A stretch of DNA of 64,000 nucleotides from Candidatus Nanopelagicales bacterium (GTDB lineage Bacteria; Actinomycetota; Actinomycetes; S36-B12). Below the pieces are notes generated by a model. It was given only the letters and a program-made list of their open reading frames with translations. It did no database searches and had not been told where the DNA came from. Position 1 is the stretch's first letter; every line of letters starts with the position of its first letter. The position numbers were made by a program, and so were the translations under genes. This document shows, piece by piece, positions 20,860-30,041 of this stretch. The DNA lies in assembly GCA_028687755.1 (NCBI GenBank), contig JAQTZL010000001.1, forward strand, positions 457,404-521,403, read 5' to 3'.

Positions 20860-21096
20860 ATGAGTGAGGACATCCTGGCCGGCTTGGCTGGAATTGTGAA
20901 CGAAGTTGCAGGCGTGCCAGCAGAAGACGTCCAGTTGGACAAGTCCTTTGTTGACGACCTTGACGTTGATTCATTGTCGATGGTCGAAGTTGTCATGGCT
21001 TGCGAAGACAAGTGGGGCGTGAAGATTCCTGACAGCGAAGTCAAGAACCTCAAGACCGTCGGCGACGCAGTCACCTACATCAGCGCCAACGTTTAA
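20860..21096 (+). CDS. acpP: Acyl carrier protein (AcpM-type)
   Basis: 78 aa, with phosphopantetheine site DLDVDSLSMVEV. RBS AAAGGAAAG upstream. Confidence 0.95.
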   Translation: MSEDILAGLAGIVNEVAGVPAEDVQLDKSFVDDLDVDSLSMVEVVMACEDKWGVKIPDSEVKNLKTVGDAVTYISANV

Positions 21097-21187
21097 TTCT
21101 GATCGCAGTGGGGTTGTATCCCTTACCGGAACAGCCCCACTGGCCTTCAATCCCAATGTGTAACAACGTGATTCAGGAGTAAGAGCA

Positions 21188-22420
21188 ATGACTCGTAGTG
21201 TTGTGGTGACAGGTATCGGCATGACGACCCCTTTGGGTGGCGATGCACCAACAACGTGGGCGGCAGCTCTTGCAGGCACGCCAGGTGGCGTGCGCATGGG
21301 CGCTGATTGGGATCCTGAACAACCAGCGCAAATTGCTGCGCGCATGCTGGAAAACCCAGCTGAAATCTTGAAGCCAGTTGAAGTTCGCCGCATGGACCCT
21401 TCTGAGCAGTGCGCGGTTATCGCAGCGCGCGAAGCCTGGGCTGATGCAGGCGCACCTGAAGTTGACCCAATTCGCTTAGGCACTGTTGTTGCATCAGGCA
21501 TCGGTGGCATCAACTCATTGATCTCTGCGTATGAAACCTTGCGCGATAAGGGCGCGGCTCGCGTATCTCCACACATGGTCACGATGATCATGCCGAACGG
21601 CCCAGCTGCCATGGTTGGCATCGAAGTCGGCGCACGCGCGGGCGTGCACACACCTGTAAGCGCGTGTGCATCAGGTGCTGAAGCTGTCTCGTATGCAGCA
21701 AAGATGATTGAAGACGGACGCGCAGACATTGTTGTTGCCGGCGGAACTGAAGCCTGCATCAATGGCGTCACCATGGCTGGCTTCGGTGCCATGCGCGCAC
21801 TGTCCACGCGCAACGATGATCCAGCAACCGCATCACGTGCGTATGACATGGACCGCGATGGTTTTGTCATGGGCGAAGGCGCTGGCATTTTGATTCTTGA
21901 AGAAGAAGAGCACGCACGTGCACGCGGCGCAAAAATTTATGGCCGCTACGGCGGCGCTGGCTTGACCTCAGATGGTCACCACATTGCTCAGCCAGACCCT
22001 GAAGGCTCAGGTGCTGCACGTGCAATCACAATGGCCCTTGAAGATGCTGAACTTTCTGCTAGCGACATCATTCACGTCAATGCTCACGCAACCTCTACGC
22101 CGCAGGGCGACTTTGCAGAGTCTGTTGCTATCCGCCGTGGCCTTGGTGGCCAAGCAGATCACGCATGGGTGTCAGCCACGAAGTCGATGACTGGTCACCT
22201 TCTTGGTGGTGCGGGTGCAGTTGAATCCATCTTCGCGATTCTTGCGTTGCGCGATCGCATCGCTCCCCCAAGCATCAACATCTTCAACTTCGACCCTACG
22301 ATCGAACTTCAGGTCACCAAAGATGGCCCAGTGCAGTTACCAGCCGGCGATATTGCTGCGCTCAACAACTCATTTGGCTTCGGTGGTCACGATGTTGCAT
22401 TGGTGTTCAAGAGCGTCTAA
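21188..22420 (+). CDS. fabF: 3-oxoacyl-ACP synthase II (KasA/FabF)
   Basis: VSACASG, NAHATSTP and TGHLLGGAG triad motifs. RBS AGGAG. Confidence 0.93.
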   Translation: MTRSVVVTGIGMTTPLGGDAPTTWAAALAGTPGGVRMGADWDPEQPAQIAARMLENPAEILKPVEVRRMDPSEQCAVIAAREAWADAGAPEVDPIRLGTVVASGIGGINSLISAYETLRDKGAARVSPHMVTMIMPNGPAAMVGIEVGARAGVHTPVSACASGAEAVSYAAKMIEDGRADIVVAGGTEACINGVTMAGFGAMRALSTRNDDPATASRAYDMDRDGFVMGEGAGILILEEEEHARARGAKIYGRYGGAGLTSDGHHIAQPDPEGSGAARAITMALEDAELSASDIIHVNAHATSTPQGDFAESVAIRRGLGGQADHAWVSATKSMTGHLLGGAGAVESIFAILALRDRIAPPSINIFNFDPTIELQVTKDGPVQLPAGDIAALNNSFGFGGHDVALVFKSV

Positions 22421-22962
22421 ATGACGTTGTGAAGCACCCGCACCGTTGAACCTTCATGGGAGCACCGGAAGGATTCAAGCTCTTCGTCCCATGGTTCACC
22501 AATGAGGCGGGCAATTTCGTCTTGTAAGCCTTCGCCTGTTGTCGCAGCGTGCTGTAGCGCCGTGCGCAGCCGCTCTTCGGCAACCATCACATCACCGTGC
22601 TCACCGATATCTGCGCGGAACAATCCCAACGTTGGGGTTGCGGCAAAACGCTCTCCTGGCCTGGCTCCATTGGCATCTTCGGTGACTTCGTAGCGAACCT
22701 GCTGGAATGCCAGCAGTGCACTCGCTAACTTGGCACCCATACCTGCGGGACCTTGCCACAGAATTTCGGACCGGACAGTGCCTGGTGCAACGGGTTGCTC
22801 ACTCCAGTCCAATTTGACGGAAGTTCCAAACACTGAGGTCAGTGACCATTCCAAATGAGGGCTCACCGCTCGCGGGCATGAGTGAATGAACACCACTCCG
22901 CGCGCCCCAAATGCCTCATGGGACGTTGAATTTCCAGGCTTAGCCTGAATATGCGTGGTCAT
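22417..22962 (-). CDS. DUF3145 protein
   Basis: 181 aa with VVFIHSCPRAVSPHLEWSL. Conserved actinobacterial position next to the kas genes. Confidence 0.65.
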   Translation of the reverse strand: MTTHIQAKPGNSTSHEAFGARGVVFIHSCPRAVSPHLEWSLTSVFGTSVKLDWSEQPVAPGTVRSEILWQGPAGMGAKLASALLAFQQVRYEVTEDANGARPGERFAATPTLGLFRADIGEHGDVMVAEERLRTALQHAATTGEGLQDEIARLIGEPWDEELESFRCSHEGSTVRVLHNVI

Positions 22963-23091
22963 CGAGCCTCCTTAGTAACCAGTCGCCTTCCCCAGCCACT
23001 GTTACTTCGAAGTTCGTGCCAACCCATCAATGCTAACCGCTAAGGTTCTGGTGTCGCGAACGGCTCGCGCCAATCTTCACTGGAGGAATTC

Positions 23092-23676
23092 ATGGCACTG
23101 GCAAATCCTGCCCCCCGCGTCCTTGCCGACGTCGTCACCCGTACCTGGGTTCGCAACGTGGCACTCGTCGTCGGCGGCGCCGCATTCGTGGGCGTCAGCG
23201 CACAAATTGCCATCCCACTGCCATTTACCCCAGTGCCTTTGACACTGCAGACCTTCGCTGTGCTGCTTACTGCTGCTGCTCTTGGTTCTATGCGCGGTGT
23301 AGCTGCGATGGCGCTGTATGCAGTTGTCGGCGCTGCAGGCTTCCCCTGGTTTGCAGAAGCCTCATCTGGTTACTCCGCTCCAAGCTTTGGTTACATCGTC
23401 GGCTTCATCGCCGCTGCCTTCGTCGTTGGTCGTATTGCAGAGCACGGTGCCACTCGCTCAGTCGTGCGCACCGCTGGCCTCATGGTCGTTGGCAACGTCA
23501 TCCTTTATGCCGTTGGCTTGGTCTGGCTGAAGAACTCACTTGATGCTTCTTGGTCAGATGCGATTGCCTGGGGCTTGACCCCATTCCTCATCGGCGATGC
23601 CATCAAGATCGCTGCTGCTGCAGGTCTTCTTCCTGCAACGTGGAAGGGCCTGAAGAAGGCTGGCTTGACCGACTAA
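23092..23676 (+). CDS. bioY: Biotin transporter BioY
   Basis: 194-aa polytopic protein with QIAIPLPFTPVPLTLQTFAVLL and PFLIGDAIKI motifs. RBS GGAGG. Confidence 0.85.
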   Translation: MALANPAPRVLADVVTRTWVRNVALVVGGAAFVGVSAQIAIPLPFTPVPLTLQTFAVLLTAAALGSMRGVAAMALYAVVGAAGFPWFAEASSGYSAPSFGYIVGFIAAAFVVGRIAEHGATRSVVRTAGLMVVGNVILYAVGLVWLKNSLDASWSDAIAWGLTPFLIGDAIKIAAAAGLLPATWKGLKKAGLTD

Positions 23677-23684
23677 ATCAAAAA

Positions 23685-23729
23685 CATAAAGAGGAGCGGG
23701 TGCCCACTGGGCGCCCGCTCCTCTTTATG
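23685..23729. terminator. Bidirectional hairpin terminator between bioY and a convergent membrane-protein gene
   Basis: cataaagaggagcgggtgccca / tgggcgcccgctcctctttatg, a roughly 21-bp stem with one G-T pair. Confidence 0.8.
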
Positions 23730-23746
23730 TCGTTAGAAAATATGAG

Positions 23747-24412
23747 TTACGCCAGCGCTTGCCATCCACTGATAGCCAGGTAAGCCGCCAGCAGGGTTGC
23801 CACGACACCCACGATTTGAAACTGATGGTCCATCGTGAACCGATAGACCTTAGCCATGGGATCCATTGACTTCCGATCGAAGAACAGTCGAATCGCAATT
23901 GGTAACAACACTGGTGAAAGCGCGAGCACATACAACACCAAAAGCGCGATGGCACCTTCGACAATGTTCGGCGCGATGGCAATTTCATGAAGCGCCGGTA
24001 CCAGCATCACAAAGGACGACATGTCCTTGATACTGAGCAGGAAGGCAATGAGGAAAATTGATACGACGCCCGAACGTTGCACATATCCCTGAATCCGAGT
24101 CTCAACTGACTTCTGGAGAGCAGGGTGCGGAATAAATAGATAGATGGCACTGATGAACAGTACGAGCGCAGCAGCCAAACGAGTGAGGCCACCAACGAGG
24201 TCGGTCCCGCTGACATCTGGCGACGGAAGCTGGCGAAAACCAAAAATAATCAGCAGACCGAAAATGCCAAAGGCAAGTGCCGATCCGGCAGCTACAGCCA
24301 GTGCCCGCTTAGCCCAAGCCTCTTGCCCTGTTACCAATATTTGTAGTGCAAGCAATGAGGGCGTGAATGCTGCGCCAATCCCCAACGGGATTACATAGAG
24401 CAGCGTTTCCAT
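23747..24412 (-). CDS. Integral membrane protein, possibly GAP/Sap (DUF2910) family
   Basis: 221 aa, about 6 TM. The family call is from overall resemblance only. Confidence 0.45.
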   Translation of the reverse strand: METLLYVIPLGIGAAFTPSLLALQILVTGQEAWAKRALAVAAGSALAFGIFGLLIIFGFRQLPSPDVSGTDLVGGLTRLAAALVLFISAIYLFIPHPALQKSVETRIQGYVQRSGVVSIFLIAFLLSIKDMSSFVMLVPALHEIAIAPNIVEGAIALLVLYVLALSPVLLPIAIRLFFDRKSMDPMAKVYRFTMDHQFQIVGVVATLLAAYLAISGWQALA

Positions 24413-24484
24413 AGGCAGATCATGCCGTATGGCGCTTTAACTACCGCTTGAGGAAGTCAAAGCGCCGTACGTACAAACGGACTC

Positions 24485-24991
24485 TTATGCGTTGGCTACT
24501 CGAGATGCATGTGCTTCAGCTTCTTGAACCTGCTTGGTTAATGCACTCAGCGCTGATGTGAGCTGACCATCCCATTGATCAGCACGTACGCACCACATCA
24601 CCTTGTCTTGATCTTCAAGAACTCCATCACGCACTTCCTTATTGCCATCAGGGCCAAGGCGAACTAGTACACGTTCAGCTGCATTCACCCATTTCTCCGC
24701 GAGTAAGAGATGCTCGACTTGCTTTTCCAATTCGACCAACTCATTTCGACCACCAGGGGTGTCTTCGGTGAGGTCATGCAAGGCCTTGTGTACGCGATCA
24801 ACAGCGTTCAATAGGTCTTTTTTCATTGAGTCATGTAAAGCAGAGCGTTTCACGTCGTGAACCAATTGCTCACACGAATGTTTGACATCCGTTTTAGCTG
24901 CAAAGAATCGGTCGGTCTTGCGATGAGGCACCTCTTTTGCCGCAATGCGGCTAAGGCGGGAGGGGCCGGAGGATTGCTGAGACATGATCAC
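24485..24991 (-). CDS. Hypothetical all-helical soluble protein
   Basis: 166-168 aa, charged, with no motif I recognise. Co-oriented with the membrane protein 72 nt downstream. Confidence 0.5.
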   Translation of the reverse strand: MIMSQQSSGPSRLSRIAAKEVPHRKTDRFFAAKTDVKHSCEQLVHDVKRSALHDSMKKDLLNAVDRVHKALHDLTEDTPGGRNELVELEKQVEHLLLAEKWVNAAERVLVRLGPDGNKEVRDGVLEDQDKVMWCVRADQWDGQLTSALSALTKQVQEAEAHASRVANA

Positions 24992-25141
24992 TCCTGTTCG
25001 GCGAGCTGCTTATTTGCTCACACCATTGTTTCTACTCCTATTAATCGAAAAGCGCACTAGCAAACCGCCGAAATTTTCTTCCCACATTCTTTCAGGACCT
25101 TCCGCCCTAGGTCAGCGGTGAGCCCCTAATAGAATGAGGAT

Positions 25142-25666
25142 GTGTCAGGTCCTCACTCCTTCGCCGCACGCCCGTGGCGAACAGCGCTCCTTGCGCTGAT
25201 GGCATTGTCGATAACCCTCGCAGGCCATGGCTTATCGTCTGGTCAACTCCCCAGCGCTTTTGTTTTATCTTTTACATCAATCGCAACCGTCATCGCAGCC
25301 CGGGCCTTCTTACGAACAACTCGTAGTTTCGCCTCAGTCACGATATTCATACTTGCATTACAACTGCTCGTGCACGTCATTTCCACTGTTGCTGGTCATC
25401 ATGGAACGGGGCAACTTCTGCCCTCGCTCCAAATGATCACTTATCACGTCATCGCAAGTATTTTGGCTTCTATCGTCATTCGTTATGGCAACACGCTCAT
25501 CACGCTTTGGTGTGTGCTTTGGCAAACATTGCTCATTTCGATTCGCCCCCTTGCGCTTCCAACTGCAGTGCGACTGAATCATCGACAACCCTCACTTCCT
25601 CATCACACTGAAGTTTTCGCCTATGCCATTTGGCATCGCGGGCCACCTGTATCACTCCAAAACTAG
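25142..25666 (+). CDS. Membrane protein of unknown function heading the copper module
   Basis: GTG start after GAGGA. 4-5 hydrophobic helices, HHGTG loop, C-terminal HRGPP. Confidence 0.55.
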   Translation: MSGPHSFAARPWRTALLALMALSITLAGHGLSSGQLPSAFVLSFTSIATVIAARAFLRTTRSFASVTIFILALQLLVHVISTVAGHHGTGQLLPSLQMITYHVIASILASIVIRYGNTLITLWCVLWQTLLISIRPLALPTAVRLNHRQPSLPHHTEVFAYAIWHRGPPVSLQN

Positions 25667-25724
25667 AGACCAGATCATTTTCCGCAATGCGGAACTTTCT
25701 TTTCATTATTTTTTGGAGCTTATT

Positions 25725-26357
25725 TTGAATACCGTTTTTCGTCGTACAACGATGTCCCTTCTTGCCCTAAGCGCTATTTCGGTGGGTCTTGCCCAACCAG
25801 CGCTCGCAGCAAACATTAAAGCTGGGCAAACCTGCACCATGCCGGGAGCAGTTCATACCGCCAACAAGCAGACCTACATCTGCAATCAGGTCGGTTCTGC
25901 CCTGAAGTGGTCAAAACCACTACCTGTTGGAAAATTCGCACTCGCAACTCAAGACACTTGGGCTAAGGCTGCCCCCAGTGGCAATACGGCCGTCTTTGGA
26001 ATACTGAAGAATCCAACAGATAAGCCGATCACGATCGTTGGAGCCTTAACACCTGCTGCACCAGTGACCCAACTTCATGAAGTCATCATGAAAGACGGAG
26101 CAATGGTGATGCAGCAAAAGCCTGGTGGCTTTGTGATTCCTGCGAATGGGTCCTACGAATTGAAGCCAGGTGGCAACCACATCATGTTGTTAAGTCTGAC
26201 CAAGCCAGTAAATGCTGGTGATCAAGTTCCTGTGACACTTATTGCGAGTAATGGTGCTCGCTTTACATTCAGTTCCATGGCGAAGGTGTTCAGCGGTGCA
26301 AACGAAACCTATAAGCCAGGTTCGTCAGCAGCGCCGATGCCCGGAATGAAGATGTAA
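25725..26357 (+). CDS. Periplasmic copper chaperone PCuAC (DUF461), ECuC-like, secreted
   Basis: The TTG 25725 start gives MNTVFRRTTMSLLALSAISVGLAQPALA. The Cu(I) motif is HEVIMKDGAMVM....GGNHIML (H-M-x10-M ... H-x-M). Confidence 0.75.
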   Translation: MNTVFRRTTMSLLALSAISVGLAQPALAANIKAGQTCTMPGAVHTANKQTYICNQVGSALKWSKPLPVGKFALATQDTWAKAAPSGNTAVFGILKNPTDKPITIVGALTPAAPVTQLHEVIMKDGAMVMQQKPGGFVIPANGSYELKPGGNHIMLLSLTKPVNAGDQVPVTLIASNGARFTFSSMAKVFSGANETYKPGSSAAPMPGMKM

Positions 26358-26363
26358 CTGACC

Positions 26364-27563
26364 ATGGATGAGCAGACGCAAAATCAACGCGGTATTACTC
26401 GACGAGGAGTTCTTTCACTCGGCGGCGTTGCCGCTGCCGGAATTGCCGGTGGGTTTGCTCTTGGCCAGAAGGTGTCGGTGGCGCAAGCCACCGACACCAC
26501 AGCCAAGACCACGCGGGAATCAGGGGTGATCGATTTTTATGGGCCGCATCAAGCAGGAATCGCTACCGCTCCAACCGTTCTCATTTCCTACATCGGGGTC
26601 AACGTCCAAGAACCCGCCAGAAAGAATGCAGAAAGGATTTTCCGCCTTCTCTCAGATGACGCCGCTCGTCTGACCCAAGGAAAACCGGCACTTGCTGACA
26701 CTGAACCATCGCTTGCGGTTTCACCCCACAACCTCACGATTGGCATCGGCATTGGTTTGCCACTGGTGAGCAAGGCCAAACTCACGAATTCCGTGCCTAA
26801 ATCTCTGGTTGAGATTCCCGCATTCGCAACCGATGCGTTGGAGCCAGGCTGGGATCAAACAGATCTCATCATTCAGATCGGCACCGATGATCCTTTAGTC
26901 ATGGCTCATACGATCCGTATGCTCAGCAAGGACATCTCCTCATTGTCTGATATCGCTTGGGTGCAACAAGGCTTTCGTGCTGCACCATCGCCTGGTGATT
27001 CGCAACGCCAAGATCGCAATTTAATGGGTCAGGTTGAAGGCACCGACAATCCATCCATTGAAAACTTCAACGATGTTGTGTGGATAGAAGAAACCGGCGG
27101 CACTGTTTTAGTTCTCCGCCGCATCCGCATGCTGCTTGATACCTGGGATGCTTTGGATACCAATGCCAAAGAACTCGCGATGGGCCGAAAGCTTGATACC
27201 GGTGCACCGTTGGGCATGAAGCATGAATTTGACCCTGTCCCCCTTGACGCTGTTGACGATTTAGGGCTACCTGTCATTCCTGAGGATGCTCATGTTCGCT
27301 TGGCTCACACATCTCAACTCGACGAAATGATTTTCCGCCGCGGATACAGTTACGACAACGGCATAGTTCGTGGCACAAACGACATGGGCCTACTCTTTGC
27401 CGCTTATACAAAGAATCCTTCTCAATCTTTCATTCCCATTCAAACTCGCTTGGCGCAAAGCGATGCTTTCAACCGCTGGATCTCCACAATTGGTTCAGCG
27501 ACTTACTACTTCCCCGGCGGATGCGCCGAGGGTGGATACATTGGACAGGAGCTTTTCACATGA
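26364..27563 (+). CDS. Tat-exported DyP-type heme peroxidase (EfeB/DtpA-like)
   Basis: Twin-arginine signal TRRGVLSLGGVAAAG. GQVEGTDNP (GxxDG-type motif) and FRRGYSYDNG. Confidence 0.85.
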   Translation: MDEQTQNQRGITRRGVLSLGGVAAAGIAGGFALGQKVSVAQATDTTAKTTRESGVIDFYGPHQAGIATAPTVLISYIGVNVQEPARKNAERIFRLLSDDAARLTQGKPALADTEPSLAVSPHNLTIGIGIGLPLVSKAKLTNSVPKSLVEIPAFATDALEPGWDQTDLIIQIGTDDPLVMAHTIRMLSKDISSLSDIAWVQQGFRAAPSPGDSQRQDRNLMGQVEGTDNPSIENFNDVVWIEETGGTVLVLRRIRMLLDTWDALDTNAKELAMGRKLDTGAPLGMKHEFDPVPLDAVDDLGLPVIPEDAHVRLAHTSQLDEMIFRRGYSYDNGIVRGTNDMGLLFAAYTKNPSQSFIPIQTRLAQSDAFNRWISTIGSATYYFPGGCAEGGYIGQELFT

Positions 27564-27937
27564 TCAAGGTTCGCTCAACGACAGCCATGACTGCAGGCAT
27601 CGCACTAGCCGCTATCGGTTTACTGCAAATGCCTGGAGCTTTTGCCCACAGTCAAACCCAATCAACATCCCCAAAAGCTAATGCCGTGTTGAAAACGAGC
27701 CCTTCGCTTGTTCGCGTCAATCTCAATGAACCACTGATTTCAAGTGGCGCAGCCCTCATTGTGCGGTCCTCGAAAAATGCCAGCGTTGCATCAGGTAAAC
27801 CAGCAATCTCAGGTAAGTCCATCAGTATTGCCTTGCTACCAAATTTGGCAGACGACACCTATCGAGTGTCATATCGAGTAGTCAGCAATGATGGACACGT
27901 GGTGACATCCAGTTACAAATTCACTGTGAAGCACTGA
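27560..27937 (+). CDS. copC: CopC-domain copper-binding protein
   Basis: ATGA overlap with the DyP stop. Signal peptide ending AFA, then a mature N-terminal His (HSQTQSTSP). C-terminal YRVVSNDGHVVTSSYKFTV. Confidence 0.8.
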   Translation: MIKVRSTTAMTAGIALAAIGLLQMPGAFAHSQTQSTSPKANAVLKTSPSLVRVNLNEPLISSGAALIVRSSKNASVASGKPAISGKSISIALLPNLADDTYRVSYRVVSNDGHVVTSSYKFTVKH

Positions 27938-27961
27938 GCACTGGGGCTTACGAAATTTTCC

Positions 27962-29380
27962 CTAAGCTGCCTTCAGTGAACTTGATTCAAGATCTTCCAT
28001 GTCTTCAAGTTCCACACCCTTGGTCTCACGCAATTTGCGCATTACGAATGGGATGGAAAGCACTGCAAACACGGTAAAGATGCCGTATGCCAAGCCAAGG
28101 CTCTTGCCTGCGATCGGCGGAAAGGCTGTGGACACGATGAAGTTTGCCGCCCATTGAGCTGATGCTGCAAGCGCCAATGCAGCCGCGCGTATGCGGTTGG
28201 GGAACATTTCGCCCAACAACACCCATACCACGGGACCCCAGGTTGCAGCGAAGAAAGCAACGTAGACGTTAAATGCGATCATCGCGATGACGTCTGGGCC
28301 ATTGGTCAACACTGGATTGCCAGCTGAGTCGATTGGTGCTGTACCAAACACGTAGGTCAACACTGCAAGTGTTACAACCATGCCGATGGAACCAACAATC
28401 AGCAAAGGCTTTCGGCCAACTCGGTCGACAAGCATGATCGCAACGATTGTGAATGCAACGTTGACACCGGTCGTGATCATTGACGTTTGGAAGGCCTGAT
28501 CTTCGGTGAATCCCACTGATTCCCAAATGGTGTTCGAGTAGTAGAACACCGCGTTAATGCCAACAAACTGCTGGAAAGCACTCAACAAAATGCCAATCCA
28601 CACCAATGGCAACAAGCCGAAACGATTGCCGCGCAGATCCTTCATCGATGAACGGTGTTCGCCGTCCATGGATTTCTTAATGTCTTCAACACGAACATCG
28701 GGATCGACTAAGTAAATCTGGCGGAGCACCGCTTTAGCTTCGTCGTACTCACCCCGTTGAATAAGGAAGCGAGGTGACTCAGGAAGGCGCAGTGCGAGAA
28801 GTCCATAGATTGCTGCTGGGATCGTCATCGACAAGAACATCCACTGCCAAGCAGGTAATCCAAACAACCAATCATTGGTTGCCTTGCCGCCAGCTGCATT
28901 CAAGATCACCCAGTTGATAAGACCCGTGGCGAAAATGCCAATCACGATGGCGAACTGCTGAAGCGAGGCCATTTTGCCGCGCATCTGAGCAGGCGCGATC
29001 TCAGCGATATACATCGGCGCCATCACCGAAGCCACTCCGATGCCCGCGCCGCCGATAAAGCGCCAAATCACCAAATCGGGAACACCGAACGGGAAAGCCT
29101 GCCCAATTGCCGACAGCATGAACAAAAGCGCTGCGAGCATCATGACTGGTTGACGGCCATAACGATCAGCAAAGTAGCCGGCAAACCAAGCGCCAATTGC
29201 GGAACCGATGAGCGCAATTGAGACAACGAAACCTAGAGCGAAGGAACCCAACCCAAAGGTGCTCTTAATCGCAGACGCAGCGCCATTAATGACTGCTGAG
29301 TCGTAACCAAAGAGGAAACCACCTAAAGCAGCGGTGGTAGCCAGGCCGACAACTCGACCTGTTCGGTAATCCTTTTGCAT
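27962..29380 (-). CDS. Sugar-porter-family MFS transporter
   Basis: GGFLFGYDSAVINGA, DRYGRQP, PESPRFL and RETKGVELEDME (PETKG-like). Confidence 0.9.
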   Translation of the reverse strand: MQKDYRTGRVVGLATTAALGGFLFGYDSAVINGAASAIKSTFGLGSFALGFVVSIALIGSAIGAWFAGYFADRYGRQPVMMLAALLFMLSAIGQAFPFGVPDLVIWRFIGGAGIGVASVMAPMYIAEIAPAQMRGKMASLQQFAIVIGIFATGLINWVILNAAGGKATNDWLFGLPAWQWMFLSMTIPAAIYGLLALRLPESPRFLIQRGEYDEAKAVLRQIYLVDPDVRVEDIKKSMDGEHRSSMKDLRGNRFGLLPLVWIGILLSAFQQFVGINAVFYYSNTIWESVGFTEDQAFQTSMITTGVNVAFTIVAIMLVDRVGRKPLLIVGSIGMVVTLAVLTYVFGTAPIDSAGNPVLTNGPDVIAMIAFNVYVAFFAATWGPVVWVLLGEMFPNRIRAAALALAASAQWAANFIVSTAFPPIAGKSLGLAYGIFTVFAVLSIPFVMRKLRETKGVELEDMEDLESSSLKAA

Positions 29381-29427
29381 GGCTTCCTTTCACAAACAAT
29401 GGTGCAGGAAGTAAAGCAGGAACGTGT

Positions 29428-29745
29428 TTAGGAATTCTCGATGACTCCAGATCGCGGCTTGGTGATCAGGTAGGCACTGGCTGCAGTGACGAATGCAACG
29501 AGCAGCACCGAGGGCCATGAACCGATGACCTTGCCCAGGGGATGTGACGCCACGAATGCCACGGCAAATATGACAAGGCTCAGGCCCGCACGAACAGGTC
29601 CAGCCAACTTCCACCATTGAAATACGCAGTAGAACGCGCCAACTGCTAAAACCATTCCACCAAGGGCGCGGTTACCCGAACCTTGCGCTATCCCGAAACC
29701 CACCACAAGCACGACCCCGGACACCGCAGCAGTCATTTTTCGCAT
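29428..29745 (-). CDS. Small membrane protein (3 TM), unknown function
   Basis: 105-aa hydrophobic ORF. Confidence 0.45.
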   Translation of the reverse strand: MRKMTAAVSGVVLVVGFGIAQGSGNRALGGMVLAVGAFYCVFQWWKLAGPVRAGLSLVIFAVAFVASHPLGKVIGSWPSVLLVAFVTAASAYLITKPRSGVIENS

Positions 29746-29791
29746 TTGGCCACGTTATGCCACCGAAACTTGATTCCTCGATAATGGGTCC

Positions 29792-30041
29792 ATGGACAGC
29801 CACTCTCCGATTACCCGTTCTGGCCATGTGGTCGTGTTCGGATTCCAAGGAGTAGCCCGAAGAATCGTGCGACAACTCATTAACGCTGGGCAGGACATCG
29901 TGGTGGTTGACCCACGAATTACCCACGATGAGCGCCATGACCTAGAGCGCTGGGGCGTGCAGTACTTCGAAGGTTCTGGGCAGCGCGATAACACCTTGCG
30001 CAATCTGTCGTTGAATACTGCAAAGGCTGCACTCTGCGTCA
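29792..30041 (+). pseudogene. Detached N-terminal TrkA-N/RCK Rossmann segment, out of frame (+1) with the downstream channel gene
   Basis: GHVVVFGFQGVARRIVRQLINAGQDIVVVD...LNTAKAALCV parallels the second RCK domain of the next gene (GHMVVVGLGSVGIKVVTDLQAAGYEVAVID...VDRASGIAVL). After ALCV the frame decays to Arg-rich junk, while the frame of ORF 30042 continues sensibly. Confidence 0.45.

Noticed and set aside
21106-21142. Hairpin (cagtgggg ... ccccactg) in the acp-kas intergenic region as an attenuator.
   Set aside because: The stem is only 8 bp with a 21-nt loop and no U-tract. This is weak evidence.
22963-23091. AGTAAC-N21-GTTACT inverted repeat upstream of bioY as a biotin-repressor (BirA/BioQ) operator.
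   Set aside because: The arms are only 6 bp with a long spacer, and the repeat does not match the operator consensus I remember. This is not enough to call.
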